Positions 1 through 14,512 of a stretch of DNA of 64,000 nucleotides are shown piece by piece. Every line of letters begins with the position of its first letter. Within the stretch, counting starts at the first letter, position 1. The notes beneath the pieces were generated by a model. It worked only from the letters and a program-made list of their open reading frames with translations. It did no database searches and was not told the origin of the DNA. Source of the stretch: Eledone cirrhosa (taxonomy: Eukaryota); contig OZ024743.1 of assembly GCA_964016885.1 (NCBI GenBank), positions 253,518,001 to 253,582,000 on the forward strand. The letters are read 5' to 3'. The translations under genes were made by a program, and so were the position numbers.

Positions 1-207
1 AGGGGTGTGATATGGGGGAGAGTTAGCTGCTGTTTCTAGCAGGTTTAGTAACCTCATAGAGGATATGTGTTTTCTAAATTTAAGACAGGAGGGAGTGGTG
101 TGGGGAGGGGTGTGATATGGGGGAGAGTTACCTGCTGTTTCTAGCAGGTTTAGTAACCTCATAGAGGATATGTGTTTTCTAAATTTAAGACAGTAGGGAG
201 TGGTGTG
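1..207. repeat. Tandem duplication, about 105-bp unit x2
   Basis: aggggtgtgatatgggggagagtta...gggagtggtgtg starts at 1 and again at 106, nearly identical. Confidence 0.9.
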
Positions 208-501
208 AAAGGACAGTATCACCATCAAGCTTGGAAAGAGAAAGTAGCAGTGTGTATGAATTTGTATAGATTTTGAATGGTAGTAGAAAGAGTTCAGCAG
301 TTTAAATGAGAGAGAAAAATCGTAAAATATTGAGTTTTATCTATTTTTTGCGTAATTGTGGGTGAAATTGAAAAAATGATCTGCGTCAAGACGCAATCGA
401 AACTTTTTCGAATACTGCATTGTAAATTTCAATTGAAGAAATTCTATATCGTAGATTTCTATAACGAAGGAGCGTGACCACACACTGAGCTTTATAGATT
501 A

Positions 502-504
<3 letters not shown>

Positions 505-586
<82 letters not shown>

Positions 587-672
587 TTTAAAATTCAAAG
601 CGGTCTCGTATATACGTGTGTGTATATATATATACATATATGTATGTATATGTGTGTATATATATATACATG

Positions 673-751
<79 letters not shown>
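505..751. repeat. Compound (TA)n/(GA)n microsatellite, representative of dozens across the window
   Basis: Direct reading; such tracts produce the YI/CV/SL/HT ORFs in the track. Confidence 0.95.
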
Positions 752-754
<3 letters not shown>

Positions 755-1759
755 TACGCGTATATGCACACATATACAAACGTACATGTAAGCACATATA
801 TGCATGACTATCCCCAGTGCTGTTGTGACAAAATAGTCAATATGTATATTACGTATATTTATCTTTTATAAGATGTACATTCTTTAACACATTTCCATAA
901 ATTTTATTACTGACTTAAATGCCACCTATTGACAGTAGCAGGGTTACATATGTAGATTCCGTTTTTTGTGCATGAAGCAAAGCAATGCTTTATATTTAGT
1001 CCACATTTATAGTGCATTTTACGATGGGCACGAATTATGCACACATTTAAATGCATTATATTCATGTTAATCTTTGTGAAAAGTATACGTATGAAGTTGG
1101 TATATTGCTTAGTCTTGGAACTTTTGTCATAAACCTGTAGGTATGAGGCTACATAAATTCTGAATTAGAGAGAGAGACGAGTGTAAAGTTACATGGAATC
1201 TCATTAATTCCACTGTAATCATATACAATATATACGGTTCTAATTTTATTTCTTGTATAAATAAGATTTCAGTTGATAGAATTAAGGTTAAGATGTGATT
1301 TCTTGAAATAACTTTGGCATTTAGGAAATAATTTCTTCTTTTTACTGTTGTTTCTCATCTAATGTTAAATTGTTTTGTGCTCTTTCTTTGTGTCGTTTCA
1401 TAAATTAAATCATTTGTAAATTGATAGAGTGTGTTATGGTTGTTATAAAATCCAGAGTTTGCTTTTACCGAGCACTAACAGCACTCAAACAACTTGTCGA
1501 AGAGTTATCTAATTTTCTTTTCTTTCTTTGATTTTTTCTTTTGATTATTCAGTAGGACAAATCCAGGCCAAACCAAAAAATGGAAGGGAACCAATCATCA
1601 GACCAGACCAAGATGTGTCCATTGTTCGTTCCATTGCCGGTACTATCTGCTGTTCCTGGCAGATAAAAGCAGAATTCGAACTCCAGACGCTGCGAACCGC
1701 AGCTGATATCGAAAAGTATTTTCTCAAGTTCTTTAACAGTTCGACCATTCACCCACCCC

Positions 1760-1880
1760 AACTGATATTTTTAGCAACCATGAAAGGATGAACAGCAAAA
1801 TCGATCTTGGTGAAATTTGAAGTCAGAACGCAGTGAAGCGGAACAAATAGTAAGGTACATAATCCGACGCCCCAAAAACT
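1760..1880 (-). mobile_element. Degraded copy of the main tRNA-derived SINE (family 1)
   Basis: aaaggatgaacagcaaaatcgatcttggtgaaatttgaagtcagaac is the reverse complement of the SINE core gttctgagttcaaatcccgccgaggtcgactttgcctttcatcc. Confidence 0.65.
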
Positions 1881-1942
1881 ATTCCAACTTGTTTTGTCCA
1901 CCTAACAATTGCTGGATGGGCTTTAAATACTGTCTCTCTTAT

Positions 1943-2220
1943 GTCAGCCTGGATATCCTAAGCCAGATTCCTACTCATGGGTCAGCCTGACGATACTGAG
2001 CAAGTCTTGTGATTCTGAGCCAGGCAGGTGATATTGAGCAAGTCTGGTGATCCTGAGATATCCTGGTGATTCTGAGCCAGCCTTTGGTGATACTGAGCCA
2101 GCCTGAAGATCCTTAGTCAGTCTGGTCGCAATGATCAAGCTTGACGATCTCGACCCCCCCCCCCCCCGGTGATCCTCAGCAAGTCTGATGAACCAGCCTG
2201 GTGATTATCAGCAAGCCTCA
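1943..2220. repeat. Degenerate 19-bp minisatellite (consensus about GTGATACTGAGCCAGCCTG)
   Basis: More than ten imperfect tandem units, e.g. gtgattctgagccaggcag, gtgatattgagcaagtctg, gtgatactgagccagcctg. Confidence 0.8.
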
Positions 2221-3027
2221 GGTCTCACCAACTAATGACAGTCATCTACCGAGCAGTTCCTAGATAATAACCCTTATTCTAGCCTGGCTATCTTACATCA
2301 TGTTGTGGTACATTGCAAATTTGCACATTGATTCGGTTTCTAGAAGCTTCAATGGGTGATGACAGGCAATGTTTTCGCCTTTAGATTGATATTTGAAACG
2401 TAATCAGACAATGGAATCCAGTTTGTTAAATAAGTTGACTAAAAAATATTATGCATCGCGTTCATTGATACCAAGCTGCCTGAAGCCGAACTGGGTGAAA
2501 TAATTGTTTCTACTTTTTGGCATAACGCCAACAATTACCCAATACATTACATGTACTTTATTGTATCGACCCCGTAAGGATGAAAAGCAAAGTTAACTCG
2601 AACTGGGTTAAATAATACACAGTTTTAAACTGTTTATATTTTTCTAAAGCCTTTTCATAATAATTTTTCTCAAGTTCATTCAAAATAGCAGGATAACAAC
2701 GAGAAGGTTAGCTATATTATTAAATCCTTACAATTTTTTTTATTATTTGCCAAATCATTTAAAATTCACAAGCAGCGTCGCTCATTAGACATATGGAAAT
2801 AAAATGATCAAAAGGGTGTAATTACAAAGTTATTTACACATCTTCCCATATCTTAATTTAGTTATTTTTCACAAGTTAACATTCTTAATAGAGGAACATC
2901 AAGTTTACAATTATAGAGGGAGAAGGGGGGGGGGGGGGTTCAGAAAGGAGTCAATGTAAAGAGAGGGGAGAGAATATAGGGTAAAAGAGGGAAAGAAAGG
3001 TACACACACACACACACATATAGGTAT

Positions 3028-3790
<763 letters not shown>

Positions 3791-3842
3791 TGACATATAT
3801 ATATATACATACATATATTCATACATACATACATATATATAT

Positions 3843-4006
3843 AGGAACAAGTAAGACCCCGACGGCTGAGCTCAAGCCGTTTCGACGGCTAATTCTAAAT
3901 CAGCCGTCGGGGTCTTACTTGTTCCTATTACCCACTCTACTACCCTAAGTATTGAGTACTTTGGTGCGTTATGGTCCACCTGGTTCCATACCACATTTCC
4001 TTCGTT
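3843..4006. mobile_element. Short fold-back element, Penelope pLTR family A, containing only HHR 3' parts
   Basis: aggaacaagtaagaccccgacggctga ... tcagccgtcggggtcttacttgttcct inverted pair; same sequence as 41557-42003 and 49410-51008; TA-rich tracts on both sides. Confidence 0.8.
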
Positions 4007-4110
4007 ATATATATATATATTTTTTTTTAACTAAGACTCCAGTTGCATTTTCGATTTCATCCTTTTTTCTTTATATATATATATATAGATAGATGAGATT
4101 CAACCCGGAA

Positions 4111-4222
<112 letters not shown>

Positions 4223-4726
4223 CATGTATGCATGTATATATAAAACAAAATTTACAGTATTATAGGGAACGAGTTAACAATGTTATAAGTGGTGGAAAGA
4301 AATTTCCGATTGAAATTTAATAATTTAATAAAGAGCCTGCTGCTACAAGCATATTTATATATAATCGCAAAAAATGTTAATATATAGGTGGCCAAAAAGA
4401 AATTATTAAATTTATAAATAATTTAAAAAGTGTCAGAGATAAGTGAGGCAGCCTACCATTTTTCTGTAATTTAAAACATAACTCTGCATCATTGACATCG
4501 ATCAAAGTTAAGCGAAATGTTGATTGAAACCAATAGAAAAATAAATAAAATGTTTTCACAGCTGCAATCTCTGGCATAAATCTCGAGGTTTTCACACTTT
4601 TAAATCATGCCTTATATATTGTATAGCCAGGTAATCTTGTCTAACACTGATGTAACTGATATTCGAGCATGGTGAGTCACCATACTACTACTACTACTAC
4701 TACTGCTGCTCCTGTTGCTGCTGCTT

Positions 4727-4757
<31 letters not shown>

Positions 4758-4954
4758 CACTAGCACCCAACCTCCAAATGTTAATCATCACCGTTATTGT
4801 CATCATTATTATTAGGATTCAGGGGGCGGTGGATTGCCGTAGATATCAGTAGAGGGTCGGACGCCATGCTTTGTAGCATAGAGCTACGGCCCTTTTGTGC
4901 AAAAAGTAGAGACAATTATTAGTATTCGGATAATCGTCCTCTTATTCGTTGCCA

Positions 4955-5265
4955 TATATTACTAATTCTCTAAATTCTTGATTATTTTAAAACAATATTT
5001 AAAAATCCTAGGCAATGACTTCGAAGAGAAATATAGTAATGAAATGGCTAATAAGGAAAAAATTAGTTATATTACTAAATTTCGCCAAATTCTTGATTAT
5101 TTTCAATGTTACTTGGAAAGCATAGACAGTGTCTTTCATTAGAAATATGGTAAAGGCTAATAATGAGAAAATTAGTTTTAATACTATATCTTTAGAAATA
5201 CCTTATTATTTTCAAAATATTTTGAAAATCATAGGCAGTGTCTTTCATTAGAAATATGGTAATGA
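4955..5265 (+). repeat. Three tandem copies (about 110-120 bp) of a MITE 3' half
   Basis: ttattactaa...ttcttgattatttt...gcagtgtctttcattagaaatatggtaa repeated three times. Confidence 0.6.
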
Positions 5266-5859
5266 AGTGTTGGAGACATTTCAGACTGCGTGACTGCCAA
5301 TGTCTTCAGATTCCTGGTGTGTCTGCTTAGATATTCACTGTCTGGAACAACGAAATGAGAAAACATTGTGTTTAAAAGATATAAATCTAATTTTGGCTTT
5401 GTTTTGTTTTTATGTTTTACTATTAAGTAAATAATGTAAATAACGAAGGTATTATATAAGATTAAAATCAAACAAAAGAAGAGATAAATTATCGAACTCA
5501 ATGTGTTCTCTTTGTAAATTAGAGATTTTGGTTCAATGACGGCCAGATAACATATGTGAAACAGTTATAGATATTTAAAGGAAAAAATCTTGGGAAATGA
5601 TAAAACAGTAAAATACTTTGAAAATTGAAATATAGATTGAATAGAAAGTATTCAGTCTGATATAAACCATTGTTGTTGTTTAATTCCCAGATAAAAGTTT
5701 ATATTATTTATACATTCAGTATTCTACATATACTTGTTCTATATCTGTAAACAGGTTGTTTATAAATATACATATCTGCATAGGGTCCTTCATTAGAACA
5801 GAGCAATAAGACACTATAAAGTTAATTAATTACGAAGCTATATGATATTGTATTGTGTG

Positions 5860-6130
5860 CATAGTTTAATGGTTCGAGGTAATCAACTGTGCATTGTGTC
5901 CTTGACCAAGACACTTTATTTCAGGTTGCACCAGTTGGGAAATATTAATTGTACGTGTAGTTCAAAGGGCCAGTCGTACCACAACACATATCAAACTAAA
6001 TCTCCATGAGAACTAAGTGAAGCGTGTTCCTGTCTTTGGAATGCTCAGCCAATGTCACGTTAATTTTACAAGCATCCTTTGCTATTGTCCGAAGAACCGC
6101 CAGAACCGACTAGAATCTTTAATCCTCCAT
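5860..6130 (+). mobile_element. SINE family 2; reverse copy at 22195-22440
   Basis: gttcga B-box-like head, then gtccttgaccaagacact; body ggaatgctcagcc...ttaatttt matches 22250-22300 in reverse. Confidence 0.6.
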
Positions 6131-6299
6131 ATAAGGTGTGTATGTACAGAACCGTAAATAACGAGGGTGTCACAGTTGTGACGTCAGGATATACGGCTTA
6201 TTTTGGGCAATTTAAACCTGACGATATCCATCCTCTTTCTTGGGCTGAAAACAGATTTTTCTCCAGAAAAGAAAAGAGGATGAAGGAGATATAGATATA

Positions 6300-6460
6300 G
6301 ATGAATAATTGACCCCACTACTGACACTGGTACATTTTTCATCGACCACGAAAGGATGATGGGCAAAGTTGACCTCGGTTAAATTTAAACCCAGAAAGCC
6401 GGAACGAATAACGCAAACCATTAAATCTAATGTTCTGACGACCCTGCCAATTCTCCGCCT
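6300..6460 (-). mobile_element. SINE family 1 copy
   Basis: ctggtacatttttcatcgaccacgaaaggatgatgggcaaagttgacctcgg is the reverse complement of the core. Confidence 0.75.
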
Positions 6461-6647
6461 TTATACATAAAATAGTATTGAACACATACATATTTAGGGG
6501 TAATTATCAATTTTAATATTCAGTTCATCAGAAATCAGTCCATTGTCATTCCAGTTTAGAATAAATACAACATATTAGGGAGGTTTGTATTAAGAAGGCG
6601 ATTCGGCTTCTTAATGCAAACCTAAGCCTAAAAAAGGTCGAATATGG

Positions 6648-6879
6648 TTAACCATTATCAAACCAATCCACCCAAATCTGGTTCAGGTTCTATGTGATAA
6701 AACCACCTATAACAAAACTTCTGATATAAATCAAAATATTCCAATATAATTTTATTTCAGAATCATTTATTAAGTTAACTTAATTATGAAATATTCACTT
6801 TAGGAAATTCCAGAAAAATACTTTATGAATTATTTGAAATTGTGTTATTACATTACAAATTGGGTTATAAAAGGGTTAA
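6648..6879 (+). mobile_element. TTAA-flanked piggyBac-like MITE (degraded)
   Basis: Begins TTAA-cc and ends aaaggg-TTAA; about 230 bp, non-coding. Confidence 0.5.
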
Positions 6880-7223
6880 ACGTGCCAGAGCAAATGGAAA
6901 GTTAACTCCTGATTTAAGGGGTCAACTTGTCTTAAAATGACCGATAATTTTATGTTGTTTTATAGTATATCTATAAACAAACTATTTGACGAATTTGGCG
7001 GATTCGTTAGAAGTTAGGATGAACTGCTTCGTAGTAGGCTCCTTAAGTTCAAATACTGCTAAGGTTAACTTTGCCTTTCATAAATTTTAGGTCGATAAAA
7101 AAGGAAACAGTCCAGTATCAGGGTCAATTATCCCTCCCTATATCTTTCGCACTCCTTTCCTTCTCTGTATATCTATCTATCCGTCTATCTCCCCCCTCAC
7201 TCTCTCTGTCTTTCACACACACA

Positions 7224-7315
<92 letters not shown>

Positions 7316-8504
7316 TTCTCTGGAAGACAATGACTGTGTACAGAAGTGGAGAGGGGATGGACTCCATAAAGTTTAAAGTGACCCAGACACGCCATATGTC
7401 ACAACGGTGCCCCTGCGACACAGCTGTTGCAGAACCATACATATATAAACATACTATTTCTACATACTGTACTTCACAAGTATAGTGCAATAGAGCAGTA
7501 TAGGGTCAATTAATTATGAAACTATGTTATTGCAGTATATTATAGAATATATAACATAGTATCAGACAAATCCAGAATTAGTGGCATTTATTCATTTCAC
7601 GAAAAATCAATATTGATACTGAACAGAATTCTATAACCGCAGACAAATAAAATAAAACATCATAAACAAAAGAGAAGAATAGAGAACATCAATCATTTGA
7701 AGACATCAAGATATATTTTTTGTATATTTATAGAAAGGTTTTAACAGTGAAAAACTTAAGAAATCATTAGAAAAAAACCTAAGCAACTTAATAATATTTT
7801 TCATCGTAATTCAATTATGATATAAAGGTCAACATTTATACATTGACCTTTCAATTCAAAATATCTGACATTGACATCAAGGATTTACTGAAATTAAATT
7901 CTGTTCTACTCGATTTAAAATTGCTCAACAGTTTAAAAACCTCCCCATATAAAATGTTTATGGTAAAATATATTTTGCGTGTACTTTATTATACTGTATA
8001 TATATATGTATATATATATGTATATATATATATATATTATAAAATAACATTTACACACACGCACACACACAAACACACATACACATATAGATACAGATAT
8101 ACAATTCTACAATTTTCAGTTTTCATGTAACAATGCTGCAAGACATATCTTGACATAAGCACTCCCAAAATTATTGATATTTTTATATTTAAAAGTAATA
8201 AATCGAATTCTCGTATTTATTACCTAACATAGAATTTCCCATTATATATATATATATATGCATGTGTGTGTGTGTGCGCGCGTGCGAGCGTGTGTGTGTT
8301 TCAATGTGTGCGTGAAACGTTCCACCCATTCATCCATTAATAAACTATTTAATTCGTTGTTCTGACACAAAGAAATATATTTACATGGATAATTATCCTC
8401 AACACAGTAGATTTATGCTTTTAAATTATTTGGTTCTGTTCTCTTCATATATACATATATGTTTGCATGTATATACGTATATGTGTGTGTATGTGTATGT
8501 GTAA

Positions 8505-8569
<65 letters not shown>

Positions 8570-8849
8570 TACATACATATATACATACGTACATACATAC
8601 AGATATATATACCATTTTTCATAATGGAAAATAACATTAAATATATGTATTTTCCTATTTACTGATTTATATATTTTTATTTTACTTTCTCAAAATTCAT
8701 TTAGCTGTCCCATAAACATTCAGAATGTAAACACAGAATTAAGAAAAAGACTTCAGTCAGTTTCGATAGAGACAACAGATAGAAAGGGTCAGAGAAAAGT
8801 AGTAAAAGTTACCCTAAGTATATATCAAGTTGACCTTTCACGCTATAAT

Positions 8850-8944
<95 letters not shown>

Positions 8945-8945
8945 T

Positions 8946-9006
<61 letters not shown>

Positions 9007-9519
9007 GAAAACAGGGAGAAAGAGACGATTATTAGGAAGAAAAAAATTTGTTTTCCTTTTTTGTTTCTCTCTCTCTTTTTTGTTTCTCTCTCTCTCTCTT
9101 TCCTGGGTTAGAAAATAATTAAAACGAAATGTTTTACTTTGTGTGAAGTGTTAAGGTATTAGTTGATTTATTTATTATTTAACAATGGCATTTATTTATC
9201 TATTTATATATTTAATTATTGTCTATTACCGGTTTCAGCATTTTTATGTATTATCAAATGATAGTGAAATGTATCAGTGTGGTGTCGCACATGTTAAACA
9301 GAAGGTGCAGAAAGAATAATGTTATTTACAAACAAGGTCTATGAAGTGAAAAGAAAAAAGAAAAAGGAAAAAAAAAAGTGCATAATGTAGAGCATAAAAA
9401 GTCAATGTGGAAGAAAAAATAATGTTATTTACAAGTACAGTCATTGAAGTTAAGCAGATCAACATGTGTTAATATAGCAAGAGTGCTTAGTTGATCCATG
9501 ATTCCGTGATGGAGGCAAA

Positions 9520-9693
9520 TATAAACATGATATGATATGATTTGGAATATTGACTGCATAAATATTTCATGGAATTTCAGGAATATCAAACGCGGAAATA
9601 GCTGTCAACCAATGAGCTGCTACGATGGACATAGCAAAATATCAGGTTAAACAAAACCTCTTAACGAACTGAAGAATGGTCAGAGACGACGAA

Positions 9694-9700
<7 letters not shown>
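9520..9700 (+). pseudogene. Penelope GIY-YIG C-terminal relic; diverged paralogue at 10410-10578
   Basis: Two similar blocks of about 170 bp (aacatgatatga...cagctgctacg...ctcttaa...ggtcagag) with W..I...C.LC...LN-type spacing. Confidence 0.45.
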
Positions 9701-9731
<31 letters not shown>

Positions 9732-9843
9732 AGAAGAAGAAGAAGAAGAAGAAGAAGAAGAAGAAGAAGAAGAAGAAGAAGAAGAAGAAGAAGAAGAAGA
9801 AGAAGAAGAAGAAGAAGAAGAAGAAGAAGAAGAAGAAGAAGAA
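9685..9843. repeat. (GAC)n(GAA)n trinucleotide microsatellite
   Basis: Direct reading. Confidence 0.95.
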
Positions 9844-10624
9844 TTATGAGAGAGGGAGAGAATGAAAGAAAGCGTTTAATATATGATGAGAGATGGGAGA
9901 TATACAGAGAGAAGAATGAGGGAATGAGAATGAGAGAGCATATATGTGGACATTGAGAAGTAAGAATGAAAGAGCATATATGTGGACATTGAGAAATAAG
10001 AATGGGATAACAGTGGAGAAAACAAAGTTGAAAGACATAAAAGAATGCGCAATAACTTCGGAACATTATCAGCTTTCCTCTAGCCACATAATTTAGCGTA
10101 GTAAGGAAAGATCACGCACAACAGAATTCAAACTTCTGTTAGTGTGATGCGTGTGGGTGGAGAAATAAAACAAGAGAGAACAGTAGGAACGCGTACGTTC
10201 TGGGCTGCGACAGGCAGAAAATAAACAATCTCGTATTCTGACGAAAGGCGCAGCAGCAGGTGAGATCAGAGTGGAACTAGCAGCATTAGAGGGGGTAGTG
10301 GGGAAGAGTGGTGAGAGAGAGAGAGAAATAAAGAGCGAAAGAGTTATCTGTCCCTTGCATCTTTTTCGGCCAATCATTAAAAGCCAAAATGGCTCATTAT
10401 ATATATAAACAACATGATATGAAATGATTTGGAGCTTTGAATGTGTAAACTTTTTGTAAAATTGAAGAAATCTCGAAGACGGAAGTAGCTGTAAAACTGT
10501 CAGCTGCTACGTTGATCATAGCAAAAGTAGGTTTAAACAAATACTCTTAATGAACGGAAGGGCGGTCAGAGAAGACGAGAATAAGCAAGGTAATTTTGAA
10601 CAGGATTATATTACAAGTGAAGAA

Positions 10625-13090
10625 TTATGTGAAACTCCCACTTTGGGTAAACACCAACGAAGTGCTCGAATAGTTTATTAAACTGAACGAGAATGAATCA
10701 ACTTCCTTTTTACAATTCGATATCGACGGGGATTATTCATTTATCACATCAATATTACACAAACTGGCACTTATTTTCTCTAGGCGAAGATCCGACATCA
10801 CCAAAACGGAGATAGATGTAATCCTACATACCGCGAAAACTATAATAGAATTTGTTAATAAACACTGGACACGGAAATCATATGGTAATTACTTCGATAT
10901 CACCATAGGCTCCATGAACTCTGCTCAAATTACAGACCTTATGCGATTCTTTCTTATAATTTTAAAGGATTATCCGGATATAGGCAGATGATTATATTGT
11001 GATGATTCTCCATTAACGATAAAACATCTCAACACGTTGTCTTCCTTTAAGCAATATAACCTCTCTATAACTTTTGAGGATAGTATAAAAAAAGTAAACT
11101 CCTTAGACATCACTATGAACCTATTCTCGGGTCTTTACTGCCCTTACCATAATCCGAACAAAAACCTTTACTATATACATTGTGATGATTGCCCATTAAC
11201 GATAAAACATCTCAACACGATGTCTTTCTTTAAGCAATATAACCTTTCTATAACTTTTAAGGATAGTATAAAAAAAGTAAACTGCTTAAACATCACTATG
11301 AACCTATTCACGGGACTTTACTGCCCTTACCATAAGCCGAACAAAAAATTTACTATGTACATCGGGATTCTAACCACCCTTGTTCCATTATTAATGGCCT
11401 GCTAACAAATATTTCTATGAGGGTTTCTAGATTGTCGGTGCCCGCGGGGTTTTAATGGAAAATGCTTGGTATTATAACGAGGCCCTAAGTAGGGGTATAA
11501 AGTAATAAAAGATAAAGTATATACCAAAGACTACAACATCTGATATTTTTATTACCCACTCTATAATTAAAACGGATACTTCAGCCATGAATATCTATAT
11601 ATATAAAACTGAGGACGTCTGTCTGAGTGTGTGTATGTGTGTGAGTATGTGAGTTTGAATCCCTAAAACTCGAGAACTACCCAACAGATTTTTTCAAACT
11701 TCACATGTGTATTACTTATGTTTCCGAAAGTGTTATGCACATAACCAAATTCAACTTTTTGATCCCTAGGGCCAACATTAGGAGCAAAACTGCGTTTCTT
11801 TAGGTTTTTAGGGTTGTTTTGAGGCGTTACGTCAGGCCGATTTTCATGAAATTGTAACTATGTATTAGTCAGTCGCTTCTTAATTACCGTGAGCAAAGAA
11901 AATCCAACTTTGTTATGGCCTAGGGCACACATTAAGTGAAAAACTTCATTTTTTTCTGCTTTTTAGGGCTTATTTGAGGCGTTACATCTAGCCGATTTTG
12001 CCGAAATTTCAAGGCATAATATGCACATAAAAATAATTCATTTTCTTGATCTCCTAGGTGAAAACCTGCATTTTTCCTGCTTCATCGAGGAAAATAATAA
12101 AGATTATCCAGCCATCAGAGTATTCTGTTAATTTTCTTTACATATTGTCCAGGCATGCAGTTTTTCCACGATTAGGTCTGTTGGCGGCCCGCGTTCCAAA
12201 ATACCTTATCCCGTGCAACGCCGTGTATCACTGCTAGTTATTAATAATAATAACATCCCTTCTATTAATTTAAGAATCAAATCGAAATGATAGTGACTGC
12301 TTTCATCCTGGAACTAATCACAACTTGTATATTACTACTGTAAGTAAAAGGCAAATGATTTCTAACACAACACCATACACACGTAAGATCACTGCACCTC
12401 CACGTATGAAGCAATCTCGCAATAATGAACATAATAATTTTAGGATAATAGACAATGCTAATAATACTTCAGCTTATACGTTCAATAAATCTATAGATTA
12501 TAGAACATATATACTCACAAACAAAGATAAAGCAAAAAATAATGGACATTTAACTAGAGGTCACAGAAATAATAGCTATAACAAAAGCTCACAAACTCTA
12601 GAACACAAACAAATACACACTAACTCTAATGATGAAAACAACAGTATCCAAGCAACAAAAAATATATCCTCTTAGTCCTGGAAAAAGAGGAACCACAAAA
12701 GAAAAATCCCGTGGTATAATCTACCATACAGTGCTCATTAATAAGCCCTCTAACCACCCAACCAACATAACCAAAACCCGAGGAAGAAGTCTCTTTGAGG
12801 CTTTCCCGCAAATCAACTAACGAGCAAATTTTCCCCGATCATTCTACACACTATAATGAAGCGCTAACGTAGAATGCACTAAGTACGCAAACGAAATTTC
12901 TATACAGAAGTAGCCACACCAACAGCTTTCTTTACAATACGTTAGAAGCATTTCACCTCAGCTCATATCATAAGGTATTAAATAGAAACACTATTGGAAA
13001 TCGGTTACGCTAAAGGATGTATTTAAACATAAAATCAGAGGCAATTTCGGCTTGTAAATATAAATTATATAAAACATTGTATCATAATGG
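10625..13090 (+). mobile_element. Degraded Penelope-like element (RT, Asn-rich linker, GIY-YIG tail) interrupted by a Helitron
   Basis: Translated motifs LWVNTNEV, FLQFDI, FDITIGS, KVNSLDITMNL..YCPYHKPN and C-terminal LN.KSE.ISACK parallel the 44050-45300 RT; internal 183-bp tandem duplication at 10998/11181. Confidence 0.8.
11594..12237 (+). mobile_element. Non-autonomous Helitron
   Basis: 5' TC (a|TCTATATATATAAAA); 3' ccgtgcaacgccgtgtatcactgCTAG|t; inserted between A and T without a TSD; internal tandem sub-repeats of about 150 bp. Confidence 0.8.
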
Positions 13091-13224
13091 ATATGGCCAG
13101 TTTTCACCTCGCCAGAACGTAGATTATATATACTATTTTGCAGACCATAGGAATAACCAAATTTTATATGTATTTTTATATTGTATTTTTTTTCATATGT
13201 ATATACGCACACAATCACTGGCCT

Positions 13225-13640
13225 GCTAGTCCTAGCGAGGGACTTTGCCAGTTCGTGATAAACTCTACAGGTATGGAAGATGGAGGTTTGGATCAACCCT
13301 CCAAACTCGAAGAATGAGTCCGGATCACCAAGGACAACGCAGGCCAAGATCCACCAGATGGTTTCAATCTGACTGTCCTCCATGAAAGCTAGGTTGGGTA
13401 GAGTACAAACTCCTGACTCCAACGTGGGATCACTGGATGTTTTCGTAAAGAGGCTCTCGAAACTAGCGAACTGTCTCACTCTTTGAATGAGGGCCACATA
13501 AACTATTACCTCTTTCAGAGTCATTCATATTTGGGTGACAGTGGTTGGCTTGGTTCGTCTAGTACATAAGCGGTAGACGACGACTTGTTGTTTTTTTGCC
13601 TTTTCTGATACGATTTCAGCTGGCGTCATTAATACTGCAT
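13225..13640 (-). pseudogene. Possible LINE (Tx1-like) ORF1 relic
   Basis: GC-richer open stretch; VVLGDPDSFFEFGG resembles a decayed VVxGRPxxCFxCG zinc-knuckle lead-in (inference only). Confidence 0.3.
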
Positions 13641-13894
13641 TCCTGTCTTCGAAATTTATAATTATTTTCTCCTGGGATGATTCAAAATTTTTGTTTTCCA
13701 GGGTTAATACAAACATTTCTTTTTTATTTGTGTTGGAATGCCCAAGAATTATTTTGTTGTTTTGTTGTTGGTGTAGCCAATTTGTTCATCGGTTTTGTTG
13801 TTGTTGGTGTTGTTTTTGTCACTGTTGTTTTGTTTTTGTCACTGCTGTTTCTGGTGGCGTTTCATTGTCTACGTTGTTGCTATTATGTTTTAGC

Positions 13895-14068
13895 AGCATC
13901 GGTAGAGCGTCAGATACCATGCGTTACATCATAGAGTTATGGCCCTTTATGTTCTGAGCTCAAATCCCGCCGAGGTTAACTTTGCCTTTCATCATTACGT
14001 GGTCGATAAAATAAAGTACCAGTAATGCTCTGGGATAATTGCTGGCCTTGTGACAAAAGTAGAAACAA
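13895..14068 (+). mobile_element. SINE family 1 copy
   Basis: A-box-like gcagcatcggtagagcg, B-box-like gagctcaaatccc, core tttgcctttcatc..gtcgataaaataaagtaccag, tail gctggccttgtg. Confidence 0.85.
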
Positions 14069-14449
14069 TTCTTGCTATCAATGTTTTTCATTGTTGTGGT
14101 GGGAGAAATGGTGCTAGGGTCGTTGTTGTTACTGTCACTGTTTCACCCTTCTTGAGTGTTGCTGGTGACAATGATGTCAAAACATTTGTTTTCTAAGGAC
14201 GTCAATGAGGTACCGAGTGAAGGAGAGGAGAGAGGAAGCAGAAAATGTTGATACCATGTTATTTGTTCTTGTTTGAATCTGTCAAAACGAATGATTTTTT
14301 TGTAATTTCTGCTCTTACAGGAAGAAATGAATAAAGTCGAGAGTTTAAAACCTGTATATCGTGACCCACCTTCGGAGCGAGGTTAGAAGGCATCTTATCG
14401 TTACTTCAATTAAGTATAAATAATATTTATATACATTAATGCCTTGTGG

Positions 14450-14512
<63 letters not shown>

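Noticed and set aside
386-871. Long YI/CV/HT/SL-rich ORFs here and throughout (e.g. 34452-35057, 37025-37822, 50896-51393)
   Set aside because: Translations of dinucleotide microsatellites that lack stops; no protein features
2185-2200. CTGATGA matches at about 2185(+), 21467(+), 1596(-) and 6526(-)
   Set aside because: No properly placed GAAA-stem III-UH with a complementary stem I
6581-6623. 17-bp-stem hairpin aggtttgtattaagaag/cttcttaatgcaaacct
   Set aside because: Isolated, too short for a pre-miRNA call, and lacks ribozyme context; not a terminator in a eukaryote
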